64,000 bases of DNA from Octopus vulgaris (lineage: Eukaryota), in the NCBI GenBank assembly GCA_951406725.2, contig OX597815.1:49104001-49168000 (forward strand), in the 5' to 3' direction. A program made the position numbers and the translations under genes. Positions 1-13,649 of this stretch are shown in pieces. The notes beneath the pieces were generated by a model that worked only from the letters and a program-made list of their open reading frames with translations, was not told where the DNA came from and ran no database searches. How positions within the stretch are numbered: the first letter of the stretch is position 1; each line of letters starts with the position of its first letter.

Positions 1-237
1 GATATGTATATATCTATGTGTGTGAGTCCTTGTGTCCGTGCTTGTTCCCCTCCCTATCACCGCTTGACAACCGGTGTGTTTGCGTCCCCGTAACTTACCG
101 GTTCGGCTAAAGAGACCGACGGAATAAGTACTAGGTTTAAGAATTAAGTCGGGTCGATTTGTTCGACTAAAGCTCCTCAGAGAGGTCCCCCGGCATGGCC
201 GCAGTCAATTGACTGAAACAAGTAAAAGAATAAAAGA
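1..237 (+). mobile_element. 3' part of tRNA-derived SINE family B
   Basis: Matches the 3' half of the full copies at 19908-20385 and 62682-63110 (cgcttgacaaccg...gtaactta.cggttcggc...gcatggccgcagtcaa.tgactgaaacaagtaaaag). Confidence 0.85.
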
Positions 238-981
238 ACATTTTTCTCTTACGGATTTCAATTTTCTTAAACTGTTATTAACACTACAACGATGTGTTAC
301 AACTTTCTCTTCCAAGACATTGACCTAGTGCAGATGTTCTGACTGGACATTAGTGGCATAGGACTCACTAGTGAGATGAACCCATCAAAACAATACAAAA
401 CAAGAAATTGGTAATATTTCGTTCCAATCCAACAGATTGCAACAGAAATTCTTTCCAAGTTCGTCTTCCCTTTTTTTTAAAATTCCAATCCTGATAAAAT
501 GTATCTTGATATGTACCGGAACTGACAAATTCAACCTATAAATATAAAATGGTGTTGAGCATTATTCAAAATAAATGGCCAGACGTGGATTAGAAACAGG
601 AACCTCAGTTGTACGGCTAGAATGTGCGCCACCCGGGGCACCCCTTCAGTTTGCTGTCCCCTGTACACAACCTATATAGGAATATATAGCAGAACTTAAA
701 GTGCTGTCCCCATAACAGCGTCACCTGAGGTGGACCGATCCCACCTCGCTCCTGCCTTTCCAGCTGCGATACTGAAGCATCTACAATAAAACGGAAGTTT
801 AGATATAAGTTTTAAAATAATCATTCGAGGATATTTTTCTCTTCGTTGACATTTGTCAAGTTATATCAATAACGATGAATGCATTTTTTAGGGTTTTCTG
901 TTACCTTTTCGCCTTGGTTTTGCTCTGTTCCGTCCTAGACTACAATGTCAGGCTCTCTGTATTGGGGATGAACTCAGAACG

Positions 982-1246
982 CCGACGTTACCGAAGCCGG
1001 CAGCCTGGTGGCTGTCGCCGGGACGACCGCGTGATCCTCGCGGTCGATACCGTGACGTGGTCCGTCCCGTAAATTTACGAATCGGGCCACGCGGAACAGC
1101 CACGCTCTAGGTGACCGTCGCACCCCGATGGTCTCCAGACTACATTAGGGGGTATGAGCCGGCAGGTGTATGTTTCCGGCTTCGGCCGCGCTGCAGCACC
1201 GACGACTGCCAACGGTGCCCGGAACCCCGCGGTGGCTGCCGCCTTC
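982..1246 (+). other. GC-rich insert with many predicted RNA stems, of unknown identity, interrupting a minus-strand SINE-A head
   Basis: About 66% GC (179/270 over 981-1250) in an AT-rich context. Flanked by SINE-A sequence tgaactcagaacg (969-981) and acggacgaaatgc...gattctgccagct (1247-1300). At least six stems can be read by eye. Confidence 0.75.
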
Positions 1247-1321
1247 ACGGACGAAATGCTGTTAAGCACTTTTTCCGGAATGCTTACGATTCTGCCAGCT
1301 TGTTGCTTTACTATCGTGTAT

Positions 1322-1540
1322 ATTGATTTCAAATTTTAGCACAAGACCAGCGATTTCGAGCGAGAGGTTAATCGATTGCATCGACCCCCAACGTTCAACT
1401 GGTATTTATTTTATCGACTCCGAAAGGATGAAGGGCAAAATTGAGATCGGCGGGATTTGAACTTAGAACGTACAGACGAGTGAAACATTGCTAAGCATTT
1501 TGCCCGGCGTGCTAACGATTCTGCCAGCTCGCTGCTTTAC
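1322..1540 (-). mobile_element. SINE family A, old-tail copy
   Basis: Reverse complement of the head gcgagctggcagaatcgttagcacgccgggc, B-box-like gttcaaa and the cttcatcctttcggagtcgataaaataa core. Confidence 0.85.
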
Positions 1541-2209
1541 CATTGTGTATATAGCTATTGAAAAGTATTTACATGTTACTGACCTCTAACTAACAAAACA
1601 CACCTATTTGCATTACATTGGCTAATAATTCTGACCTTCTCTTTCTAATTCTCACCTCAATCCCATCTCTCCCACCTTACTCTCTCTTAAAACCTCTTCG
1701 TATATATTTCTCGCCATTTTTCTCACAAACATTTGCACAAACTAATTCTTTACATTTAACATACTCATAGGGATTAAGGGCATAAAATAAAGTGTTTTTC
1801 TCTCTTTCTCTCTCCCCGAAGAAGGTCTAAGTCTGAAACATCAGAAATATCTTCGCCCAAAGGCATACGAATTTTCAAATAATTATACTTTATCTGTAAA
1901 ATCAATTTTTGCCGATTTACAAAACAACTAGTAACCCTTGATTTTTGATAAACACACATACACACATATATACTCACTTACGTACACATCAACATATATA
2001 TATAAGAACATGTGCTTTCGTGTCGGTGTATGCATACGTTTATATGCATCGCTTTCTGTCACATACAAACATACATACATATAAACTACATGAGTATGTG
2101 ATTAATTGCAAGTACAAATTCACACACGACAGGACACACACTCTCTCTCTCTCTCTCTCTTTCCCTATATACATACATACATATCATGTATGTGTATATG
2201 TATGCGTGG

Positions 2210-2530
<321 letters not shown>

Positions 2531-3291
2531 AGACATATATAAACAAACACCCAAATATCCCTACAAAAGTAAATAATCATATATGCAAATAACAGCACAG
2601 ATAAAAGATACAGACAATCAACCACTTATGAATATACAAAATTCTAAATTTTTCCACACATACACACAACTTCAACAACAACGTTTGTGCCTGAATGCAT
2701 ACATGTATACGCATGCGTCTCTCTCTCTATATATATAAATAGATATAGATATATAGATATGTATGTATGCATGTATGTATGTATATGTGTGTATGCAAGT
2801 GTATATATATATATATATATCTATGCGTGTGGTAATCCTACTAAATATGTACGCTTGAAACGATGTAACGAACAGCAACAACATACACATCAATCTTAAC
2901 ATTGGAATCTGCAGTTATTAGTTCAAATGGGAAATCAGTCATGTAGCAAATAGAAAAATTTCAGTCTTTTCACTGTAATTTCCAAGATGAATCTAATAAA
3001 TTTTATAATATAGTGTAGTAGCAGAGGAGGGGGTAACATGAACAAAGACTTAGTAAATTAATTCTTTGTAAATCGTGGTGGTTTTTTTTTGTATATCTCT
3101 ATGTGTCTGTGTGCATTTTTCTTTTTTTTTTGTTTCATTTTGCAGATTGTTTTTAATTCCTTTTTATTTTATTTTATCTTATTTTATTTTTCTTGTTGTT
3201 GTTTTACAATTCTGTATCATTATTCAGTGGAAAAGTTTGTAAATGTAACATTAAAAAAACAACAACAAAATTCAAACAAAGCATTAATTAA

Positions 3292-3338
<47 letters not shown>

Positions 3339-3649
3339 CGCTGTAGTTATCATAATGCAATTACTAATGATGAGGATTACGATGATTATGATGATTTAAA
3401 ATTTCATTAGTAGACCCTGTAGCTATATATCAATTCTAGACTTATAATAGCATTCCACTGTCGTGGCAATCTTTTTTTTTGCTCACATACATACATACAT
3501 ACATACATACATACATACATACATACATACATACATACATACATGCCTATACAAATATACATGCTCTCATTTACATACAAGCATACATATATACACACAC
3601 ACTCACACACATAAGTCTCTGTATACATCTATATCGATCTGTCTATTTC

Positions 3650-3703
<54 letters not shown>

Positions 3704-4120
3704 TATATAAGGTGGTTCAGTATGGTTTGAAGATGGTTTGGCTCCTATTTCTGCCATGTCTGACTCTAGATTTTGTCTGTCTTAATCTATGATGTAACAG
3801 AGCTATGTAAAGAATAATTCTAAGGAGCTTTTAGTGGTGCAATAATCAAGTGCATTTAATAGTACTTTAAAGCAGTACCATGTTGAAATATGTTCTACTT
3901 CTAGTAATCCTGTCTTTTATTCAAGTATAGCATATCCAAGACTAAATTAGCTAATATGTTTCTCAGACAGAAATGATAGATAATTGAAGGAGATTACGCT
4001 ACCCTATCTAGCGCCCCTTTCACTCAATGCTTAATAGTTTTTAAGAGTTTCATGAATGTTTAAACTTGTCTGAATGCTTCTGTTAAGCAATTGTTCGAAC
4101 AACGATTTAAGTATAGAACA

Positions 4121-4166
<46 letters not shown>

Positions 4167-4471
4167 ACAGCAAAATATTCAGAAGCGAATGTATATACAG
4201 ATATTAAGATTGTTATTATTATCGAAGACAATACAAATAGTCGATAATAACAACAGTATTAATATAGGTGGTTGCAGGCCTAAATCAGCATTATATAGCT
4301 ATAGAATTAAAATTATATTAATCCCAAGGACACATTAAAGTGTCTACGCGCTAGAAATGAGAGTTAAAATCATCATTTGGACAACCAAAAAATTTACACC
4401 GAAAATAACTGATTCAGTCTGTTATTTTCAGTGTTAATTTTTTTGGTGGATACTTTAATGTGTCCTTATGA

Positions 4472-4546
<75 letters not shown>

Positions 4547-4589
4547 ACAGATCCTAGTACTTGGCATGCACCTATGAATTGATCTCGCG

Positions 4590-4952
4590 AAAGTTTATAC
4601 GATCTCGCAGACTACTGCAGTAAACGTGGGGTATCTTACATAGGGAGCACCATCATGAAATTGCACATCCGTATAAAAGTACATTTGCACACGGACACTA
4701 TAGAAACACCTAAAGAATTGCCAAACCCGGAATTTTAAAGTAGCCATTAGGGCTACCCGATGCTTCCAGAACAATCTCAGAATCATAGAGGCCCTCCTTA
4801 TAAATAAATTGAGATCTGCCATTAGCAACAGGAAGGAACTACACGAAGCAGACCATGTCACCTTCCTCTTCCCCCAACCCCACACAATTGAGCAACGACT
4901 TTTACCAGCCACCAAATGTCTTGAGGTAGTCGTCATAACCCTGAAATATTAA
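4590..4952 (+). pseudogene. Penelope-like retroelement GIY-YIG endonuclease remnant (frameshifted)
   Basis: Manual translation: VYTI (4593), then CSKRGVSYIGSTIMKLHIRIKVH (from 4616), then KHLKNCQTRNFKV...NLRIIEALLINKLRSAISN (from 4704). This fits the VYxI-C-YIGxT-LxxRxxEH and LxIxEALLI motifs of PLE GIY-YIG domains. Confidence 0.85.
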
Positions 4953-5041
4953 AATATAAGGTAAAACTGCAAATTAGTTATATTTTCTTTTACTTTTATA
5001 GTTTGCTTTGTACTTTCTTGCAATGATCCAACCTTACATTA

Positions 5042-5078
<37 letters not shown>

Positions 5079-5405
5079 CTGCTGAGACCCCCTTCGGTCA
5101 TCACTGACCATGGGATTGCACCTAGAAAGTTACCCTCCCCGGCACAAGTCCGGGCAAGGTTGTTTATGGAAGACCAGTAGTTGCCCATGCATACTGGCCT
5201 TCCCTCTTCACACCACAGTGTTATCCAAGGGAAAGGCAAGGGGGCCAATACAGCTTGGCACCCATGACGTTGTAACTCATTTCTACAGCTGAGTTAACTG
5301 GAGCAATGTAAAATAAAGTGTCATACTCAAGAACACAATACGCAGCCCGGTCCGAGATTCGAACTTGCAACCTCACAATGGTAAGCTCGACGCTCTAACC
5401 ACTGA

Positions 5406-5410
<5 letters not shown>
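5079..5410 (-). mobile_element. tRNA-derived SINE family D
   Basis: Minus strand starts atggctcagtggttagagcg (A box), then gttcgaatc (B box), then gtgttcttgagtatgacacttt. A second copy lies at 33595-33876. Confidence 0.8.
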
Positions 5411-5439
<29 letters not shown>

Positions 5440-5835
5440 AAAAGAAGTGTACTGTATTATATATCCATTACGTCCAAACTTACCAATCGGTTTCGCATTA
5501 GGGGTTCAACGGAGTGTTAGGTAACAGCCTGATTATGTGACCCTGCACTTTTCAGAGGTGACAGTTATGGAATGGAAAATGGTGACTGGTCTCTATTGTT
5601 GGAGGTGAACAGCCACATCCGGATTGTGGTTGCTGTCAAATAGACGATGAAACGAACCGAGAAAGGGCTAAGTTAAGAGTCATGTCCCTTGGTACCAAAA
5701 ACACAATCTCTAGGGGTGTTGCAAGTCGGTAAGACTTGGAAAAGTGTTTATGGGAGATGTATGCACCTATTAATAAACCCTCTCTACTGACAGATATACG
5801 AGTGCATTTTTCCTGACTTGTGGATTCTTAGACGG

Positions 5836-5872
<37 letters not shown>

Positions 5873-6075
5873 AAAAGGAGATGACGAAGGAATAAACGAT
5901 TATCTTATTAACCTCATTAGCTTACAACTGTTTCTGCTATAAAGTGCGGTGGACACAGTGTGCCTGGCTGCTCTGTACTCGACGAACGCTTCGTTTTGAA
6001 GCATATTGAGTTCTACACCAAGTTATTAGTCTCGCAATGTCTGAGCGAAATATATGTGTGTGTGCGTCTGTATGC

Positions 6076-6121
<46 letters not shown>

Positions 6122-7019
6122 ATAAACATACATATATTCAGACAGAGATAGAAAGGAAGATGAATAATACTTCGTATATAGCATAGCGAATGTTAAGCGC
6201 TTGGTTTATATCGCCGAGATACGAAACACGTCGATTTGCCAGCTACCTTATCGATTCGACCATCTGCGACACAATCAATTAAGCGAATCAGTAAGTTAAG
6301 TAAATTCTCATAATTTGTTTTCCTAAAATACATTATTTGTAAATATTGGCAACCTTTGATCATTTATTTTGTTACATGAATGTAAATGTTGCTTTCTTCC
6401 TTCAGTCTGTTTTGTGCGGTTTTCTCCAACATGAATATTTCTGTGATTTCAGATATTTGGATTATAGTGTTTCTTTTTGATAGAAGATCTATGGCTAAGA
6501 ATATCAATGATTTCGCCCAATGGATTCATTGCCGCAATATAGGAAAGAAGAGAAGCGAAAGGGATTAACTATTTACTGGTTAAGCATTATAATGGATATT
6601 TTATAGATGACCAGCCTTATTTTCTTTGATACTTTGTATCATGTCTTTGAATATTTGAAAAAATCAAACAAACAAACAAAAAACAATAATGGAAATAAAA
6701 GATACAAAGGAGAAATGACCACCTTCTTGATATTTCTCATCTTGTCAGTTTTCTTGTGAATTGTATAACGTATTGTATTTCTCACTTTCTTTCTCTCTCT
6801 CTCTCTCCGTATGCAATAGTTTTTAAAGCATTTGATACATTGAGTAAAGATAAATAAATATAGAGGGAAAGTAAATGTCCATTTTGCTTAAGGAATAATA
6901 AAAGAAATAAAGAATGACAATATGACAGAAGTGAATAGAATATGACAGAGCAGAAGGCTAGCTTTGAGAGCTATCAGTTAGATGCTCTGGTTAAACGACA
7001 CGAGAATGAAAAATGACTA

Positions 7020-7055
<36 letters not shown>

Positions 7056-8220
7056 AATAGTCATTTTTGTATGTATATATGTATGTATAATGCAAATATC
7101 TCTGGCAGGGGTGCCAAAAACAACGACAAAACAATAAAAAATGAATGAAAATAGGAAAGAAAAGGGGAAAAAACTTGCAATAAAAAACGATTGGCATAGA
7201 TACGGCTTCAAGTTAAAGCGTATAGACACGAATAAAATGGTCAATCGGTAAAAGAGTGAAAGAAAGATGAAAGAAACAGATTTACTGGTCCAGTGATGGA
7301 TAAACAAATTGATTGAATGATTTAGCAATTGATCTGTAAGTAGAAATGTTACTAAACAGATGCTAATAGGCATATTTCGTGTGATACAAACAACACTTGT
7401 TATCTAGTGAAAGCAATAAAGAGTAGTGACAATGGGGGTGGGGGTGGGGTGAGAGAAAAAGCAATATGGCCGTCACGAGGCAATGTTAGCTAACTCTACC
7501 ACGTACAACATACAGACGCTATCAATTGGGTAACCATCAATTTGATAACAAACACAAACAAAAAAAAGTTGTTAAATGTCTATAAGGATGATTAATTTCG
7601 TTCTTCTTCTTCTCTTTGGCTTACTCTTCCCCCTCTCAGTATCCCTCTTTCTCTCTCACCCACGGCTATGTCTTCCTGCGCATGTGTCGTAAACAATGCT
7701 TTTCTTCAAATATACATGTGTAAATATTTACACAGGCAAATTTTTAAATATAATCAAAAGGTACCCAATGATGCCCAGCTATTATAGTAAAGTACCATGA
7801 GACAGAAAGATGTGATTCGCGAGTTACTTGGCAGCTTTATTTTACAGGTCTAGCTAGCTCTTGGACGTTTCTCCGACTGTTTCATACATATAGACATAAA
7901 AAATACGTACAGTGTTTGTGTAGGAAATTTGGTTGCTTTGGCTGCCATTTTGAGTTACTGTGGGTATGTTCCATGTTGACTAAGACAGCAAAGTATTTCA
8001 TCTTCTGTCATATTCTTGTAATTAATTAAGGATAAAAGTTCAGCACTTGAGACTTTAATTCTTTTTTCAGGGGATCCGCGAGTAGCTGAGTGAAAGGAAG
8101 ATTTCCTCAAATCAGAGATCTAGTTCGAATCCTCGCAATAGTCAACTCTGTAAAAGGTAACCGAGGAAAGAGGAGTGATGCAAAGCATATTCATTAAAGG
8201 TAAATGAATGCTTGAGGTAA

Positions 8221-8280
<60 letters not shown>

Positions 8281-8285
<5 letters not shown>

Positions 8286-8442
8286 CCTTGGTTCTCTCCT
8301 TGTTTTTTCTGTGTCCCTTTCTGTAGAAGAGCGTAGGCTCGAAACGTAAAAGACTTTTTCTATTCCTGAGCGTTATACTAATACATCTGTTTGTTTTGTA
8401 CACCACCTGTCTTCGTCTTTTGTATTTTTCGTAAACTCTCCC
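8281..8442 (+). mobile_element. About 160-bp mini-element embedded in (TA)n, carrying a hammerhead-like motif (Penelope-terminus-like)
   Basis: Closely similar reverse-complement copies at 12750-12902 and 60440-60614; this copy has TA runs on both sides. Confidence 0.8.
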
Positions 8443-8694
8443 TATATATATATATCCCTATATATATATATATTAGTCAGTGTAAATGGATTCAAGTAAT
8501 TCGGTAGTACTCATAAAAACAGCTCCTTAATGTCTCATTCTTCAAAACATACAATATACAGTACGGCACGTAGCTTTAAATTTTGCATTATTTTGAAAGA
8601 TTTCTTGCATTTTGCGAAAATGCTGGCATGTAAGTAATTTATCTATTTATTGAATATAATAATATAGCTTAACTATTTCTCTGTCATTTACGAC

Positions 8695-8745
<51 letters not shown>

Positions 8746-9018
8746 TCTTGGAGATTTTAGGTAAAATTATACTAATGTGTCCATCTGTTTTAATTCAATT
8801 AAATTCTATGTCTTTATGTAGTTGGGATTGCCCTGCATTTAAATTGATGTAATGAATGCATTGTTCAATTAAATGGAGCTGCTTGAAACGATCGTACTGC
8901 ATTACCTCTGGATATCCTTGTTGCTTATTTTGATTTTAATCACCTTATTTTGAAATTGTATAGATAATACCGTACTAAATTCTGGTGCCTCAACTCAAGT
9001 ACCATATTCATCTGAATC

Positions 9019-9085
<67 letters not shown>

Positions 9086-9502
9086 GCATGCATACACACG
9101 CGCATTTGTATACACACACACGTATCTGGTATACGCAACTGAAGCAAGATTAAATCAAACTAACTATTTGCGTGTCATATTTAATGTACATACATCGTTG
9201 ACAGGTAAGTTATAACGATATTTTTCTTGAGATATTGTTATCAAAAATGGTACGCCTTATGGTCTAGATAGATTTAAAAATATATATCGAAGGGAGGTGA
9301 AAATCACCCCAGAAGCGGATTGCGAAAACGTTAGGTCTATTTCGGCTTATGTTAATGTTTTTTCCTCTATCCCTTTTCTGACAAAGAGCCATGCTCGAAA
9401 CGTCACACACTCTCACTTTTTTCCATTTTAGTATCAACCGTGTATGTCCTTTTGACTTCCGATAATTTTGTTTTTATTTCGGATTTACCAATACATATAT
9501 AC

Positions 9503-9533
<31 letters not shown>

Positions 9534-9573
9534 TGTATGTATGTATGTATGTATGTATGTATGTATGTATGTG

Positions 9574-9626
<53 letters not shown>

Positions 9627-10068
9627 TTATTAGCGATGGAAACAACATTGGTTCAGAATAGCATTCCGTATATTTTAGTTGATGTAGAGACACTATCCAA
9701 AATCGCAAAACTGCAGTATTCGTCTTGGTTTCGCAAATCGGTGACGGGAGGCAAACATTTTTTATTAGCGACGGGAGCAGTACTGGTTCGGAATAAAATA
9801 CTGTATACTCATAGTATTTTCTATACTAGTAGAAGCGAATGTTGCGCAAGTATGTGATTGATAATTGATACTTGCTACTAATGGTGTGCAATGACATAGA
9901 AATCATGATTTAGCAATTCCGCCACTCACCATTGATATACGATTATCGTCTGCAACTGATAGTCTGTGCTTTTTTGCAATAAATATCTATATGAGTAGCT
10001 TTCTCAAGAAGAATACGGTAATTTAGCGGCTTTCGATAGTATATCCCCGTTAAGTAAGACATACAGAA

Positions 10069-10106
<38 letters not shown>

Positions 10107-10371
10107 CCCTTTTATTCTGATCACCCGAGGATGCGCATGTATACAGCTGATGTTAAATCATATTGATACAATACTGCGTATAATTTATGCAACATTCAGC
10201 AATTAACAGTCAATAATGATGCGTTAAAATCTTTGTAGCGAATTTTTAATAAAGTTTGCGGATTTTCACATGTACATCCAATAACAGAGTTCCTACAGTA
10301 TGATACGATTTGGTAACCGATTCTCAGACAGGAGCAGCTCTGAAGCGCACACTGTATGGTTATTACCCATA

Positions 10372-10500
<129 letters not shown>

Positions 10501-10735
10501 TTATTATAGATATATATACACTCGCACACATTTATATATGCACACGTATACGGTATACACAACTGAAGCAAATTTAAATTAAAATAACCATTTATACATC
10601 ATCATGCGTAATATACATACATCGTTGACAGGCAAGTTCTATGTGTATGCATGAATCACAGGGAGAAGCCTCTAAGAGCTAGCTCGACATGTCAAATGAA
10701 GCTACCAAATCTTTCGAAAATCACATATATACATA

Positions 10736-11249
10736 TCTATATATATATAAAACTGTAGTTGTGTGAGTGTCTGTCCCCTTCGATTTAGATTCCTAACTAC
10801 TCCCACATTTTGCGGTGCAGTTTAACCAAATTCGGGTATCTTATAGTCGTGATTCATATCGAGCCCGTCTGAGTATTAGCGCGCGTCTACGATGAGTCTA
10901 CGATTTTAAAAATAATTTAACATCATTTTTTATTCCATTTTAATGCATAATTTTTCGTGTGTCGATGGCGGCGGAGTTGGCGTCCATGGTCACACCTGCA
11001 CCTGTTTGCTTCTCCCCTTCTTCCCTCCCTCGTGAAGCTGTGGGGAAGGGAGTGTAAGGAAATCAACGTCGTAAAGCGTTGTCAAGGAGACCAGCGTTCT
11101 TTTAGAACAACGACTTCATGGCTTGAAGACACCAAAACAGAAATGGCTAAGAAAGCCCGAATTGGCATCTATAAGGGAAGTAACTCTCTAAAAATGCTTA
11201 TATAGTTATTTCCCTTACAAAACCGAGCAACGCCGGGCGATACTGCTAG
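10736..11249 (+). mobile_element. Non-autonomous Helitron (about 514 bp)
   Basis: Inserted between A (10735) and T (11250). 5' end is TCTATATATATATAAAA. The 3' end has the GC hairpin ccgagcaacgccggg followed by terminal CTAG (11246-11249). No TSD. Confidence 0.85.
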
Positions 11250-11562
11250 TTTATATATACACATTTCTTTTACAGACTCAAAGCAGCTAAATCAACGAGA
11301 GAAAGAGGGAATGAGGGAGAGAGAGAGAGAGAGAGAGACCGAGAGTGAGAGTGAGGGAGAGAGAGAGACCCCACCAGCGCGAAATAGGAATATATTGTAG
11401 AATCTGAATCCCTTTTCTCTGGCTGTGGGGCAGTCCAGACTATTCGTCATCTGAACGGTCTCTTTGTAGTTTGGATCATTTGAAAAATTACATAATGACT
11501 ATACAAGATGGCGTAAAAATATGAAACAGTTTGATTCAGACGTGAATTAATAATGATAGTAA

Positions 11563-11637
<75 letters not shown>

Positions 11638-11652
11638 TAATGCATTTTGCAT

Positions 11653-11697
<45 letters not shown>

Positions 11698-12239
11698 TGT
11701 ATGTATATATATATGTGTGTATATAAATATATGTATGTATATATAAATATATGTATACATATATATATTTATATATACACATATATATATACATATATAT
11801 GTGTATATATATATATATGGATATATATATATGTATATATATAATATTTATGTATGTGTGTATATATATATGTGTGTGTGTATATATATATATGTGTTTG
11901 TGTGTGTGTTTATATATGTGTGTGTGTGTGTGTGTGTATGTGTGTGTGTGAATGTATGTGTGCTATTTCTTTTTCTTTTTGTTTCATTTTTCCTTCCGCT
12001 GCTTTTCAAAGTCGAGTCAAGAAAATATTTGATCTGTCCGGGGTGTCGATAAAATAATTAATAATTTCCAGTAATATGTTCTGTTGTTTCGTTTCTGATA
12101 TGCCCTTCCATCAAAAGACGTAAGCTCTGTGATTTTTAAAATTTATATTATTTATTTATTTATCTATTTATTTATTTATTTATTTTTTACATGCTTTGTT
12201 CTAGAGGAAAGGGTCGTGTTCTTTAACTTTGAAAGGCCT

Positions 12240-12480
12240 TCCGAGATCTGTGATATTGAGGTGATTGAAGCTCCTCTTGAACAGATGTAAATTGGAGGCT
12301 GCAGAAAAAGTCATGTGGCATGGGCTGAGAGGGGATTTCGGTCGAGTGTGGGGGTACTGCGGAACCTGTGCGGGGATACAATATGGCTGACGGAGGAGAA
12401 TCGACGAGCAATTTCGAAGAGTCTGAGTTGGGTTGGTGAAGCAAGTTCAGCCATCCCCTCAAGGAACAGTCTACTATAGT
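12240..12480 (-). pseudogene. Degenerate C-terminal fragment of a CR1/Jockey-group LINE ORF2
   Basis: Minus-strand frames give ...LEGMAELASP... and TFSAASNLHLFKRSFNHLNI, which resembles the NLxLFKxxIN C-terminus. Similarity is weak. Confidence 0.4.
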
Positions 12481-12542
12481 AGTGGTAGTGGTGGTGCTGG
12501 TGGAGGTGATGGTAGTAGTAGTAATAGTAGTAGTAGTAGTAA

Positions 12543-12579
<37 letters not shown>

Positions 12580-12711
12580 TGTTGTTGTTGGTGGTGGTGG
12601 TAGGGTTGAGAGAAAATACAGAGAAGACAATATATGCAGGGCAACGATTGGAGTCTTTCAGTGAGTAATCTAATACCATTTTGTACCTTATTTTTTAACG
12701 TGTTCTAGGAC

Positions 12712-12749
<38 letters not shown>

Positions 12750-12753
<4 letters not shown>

Positions 12754-12902
12754 AAAGTTTACGAAAAAAACAAAAGACGAAGACTGGTGGTGTACAAAAC
12801 AAACAGATGTATTAGTATAACGCTCAGGAATAGAAAAAGTCTTTTACGTTTCGAGCCTACGCTTTTCTACAGAAAGGGACACAGAAAAAACAAGGAGAGA
12901 AG
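12750..12902 (-). mobile_element. Copy of the TA-associated mini-element
   Basis: Reverse complement of 8281-8442; a TA run abuts its left end. Confidence 0.8.
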
Positions 12903-13101
12903 GACATCCAGAGAAGGAAGAGACGACAAAAGGAAAGACCAGAAAATACAGGAAAGTTTAGAAAGTATAAAAATAAATAAAAAAAAATAATGACAATAAT
13001 AACAGTTTTACGTAAAGTTCAAAGGTTTTTTGACGTCGTGGTGTATTGCAAGGATTTCTCATCAAGAGTAGCGTCCACGGTGATCTATATATATATATAC
13101 A

Positions 13102-13137
<36 letters not shown>

Positions 13138-13649
13138 TGTATGTATGTATGTATGTATGTATGTATGTATGTATGAATATATGTGTATGTGTGTAGTACC
13201 AGCACACCGTCCCAGTTATTGGAGCAGTACTCTACCGTGGATCTCAACTGAGCTCTGTATTGGTTTAGTAACTGTGGGTGTTTTCAAGCCCTGAAGAGTT
13301 TAATTAGTCTTTACAGTATAGTTTGCTATGATGAGATTACGACATATCTAGCAGTAATTCTCAATAATTGTGAAGGCAAGCAATAACCGTCAGAATTATA
13401 CCAATTTTGAGAGTTATTTCTCTTGTTATTCACATTCTGTGGAAGGGATAAGATACTGTTTTCTTGGAATGTTTAGTTAATGTGTCTTTTTAATGTTAGA
13501 CAATTTTGTCATGACCCTAATGGTTGCTGTTTTCGTAATGTCTGCTCTCGGAGATAATACAGGTTTAGCGTCGTAACTATGTTGCACGTAGCTGATACTT
13601 TGGTGTTGAAAGTTAAGAATGCGTGAAAGGAAGTAACATTTAGTTAAAG

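Noticed and set aside
875-1072. ORF with a signal-peptide-like hydrophobic N-terminus
   Set aside because: It runs across T-rich flank, SINE remnant and the GC-rich insert; no recognisable domain or exon structure.
1135-1183. Group I R-like (cagactaca) and group II DV-like (gagccgg...ccggcttc) motifs
   Set aside because: The partner S element and the GUGYG 5' end are missing, and the matches are too short.
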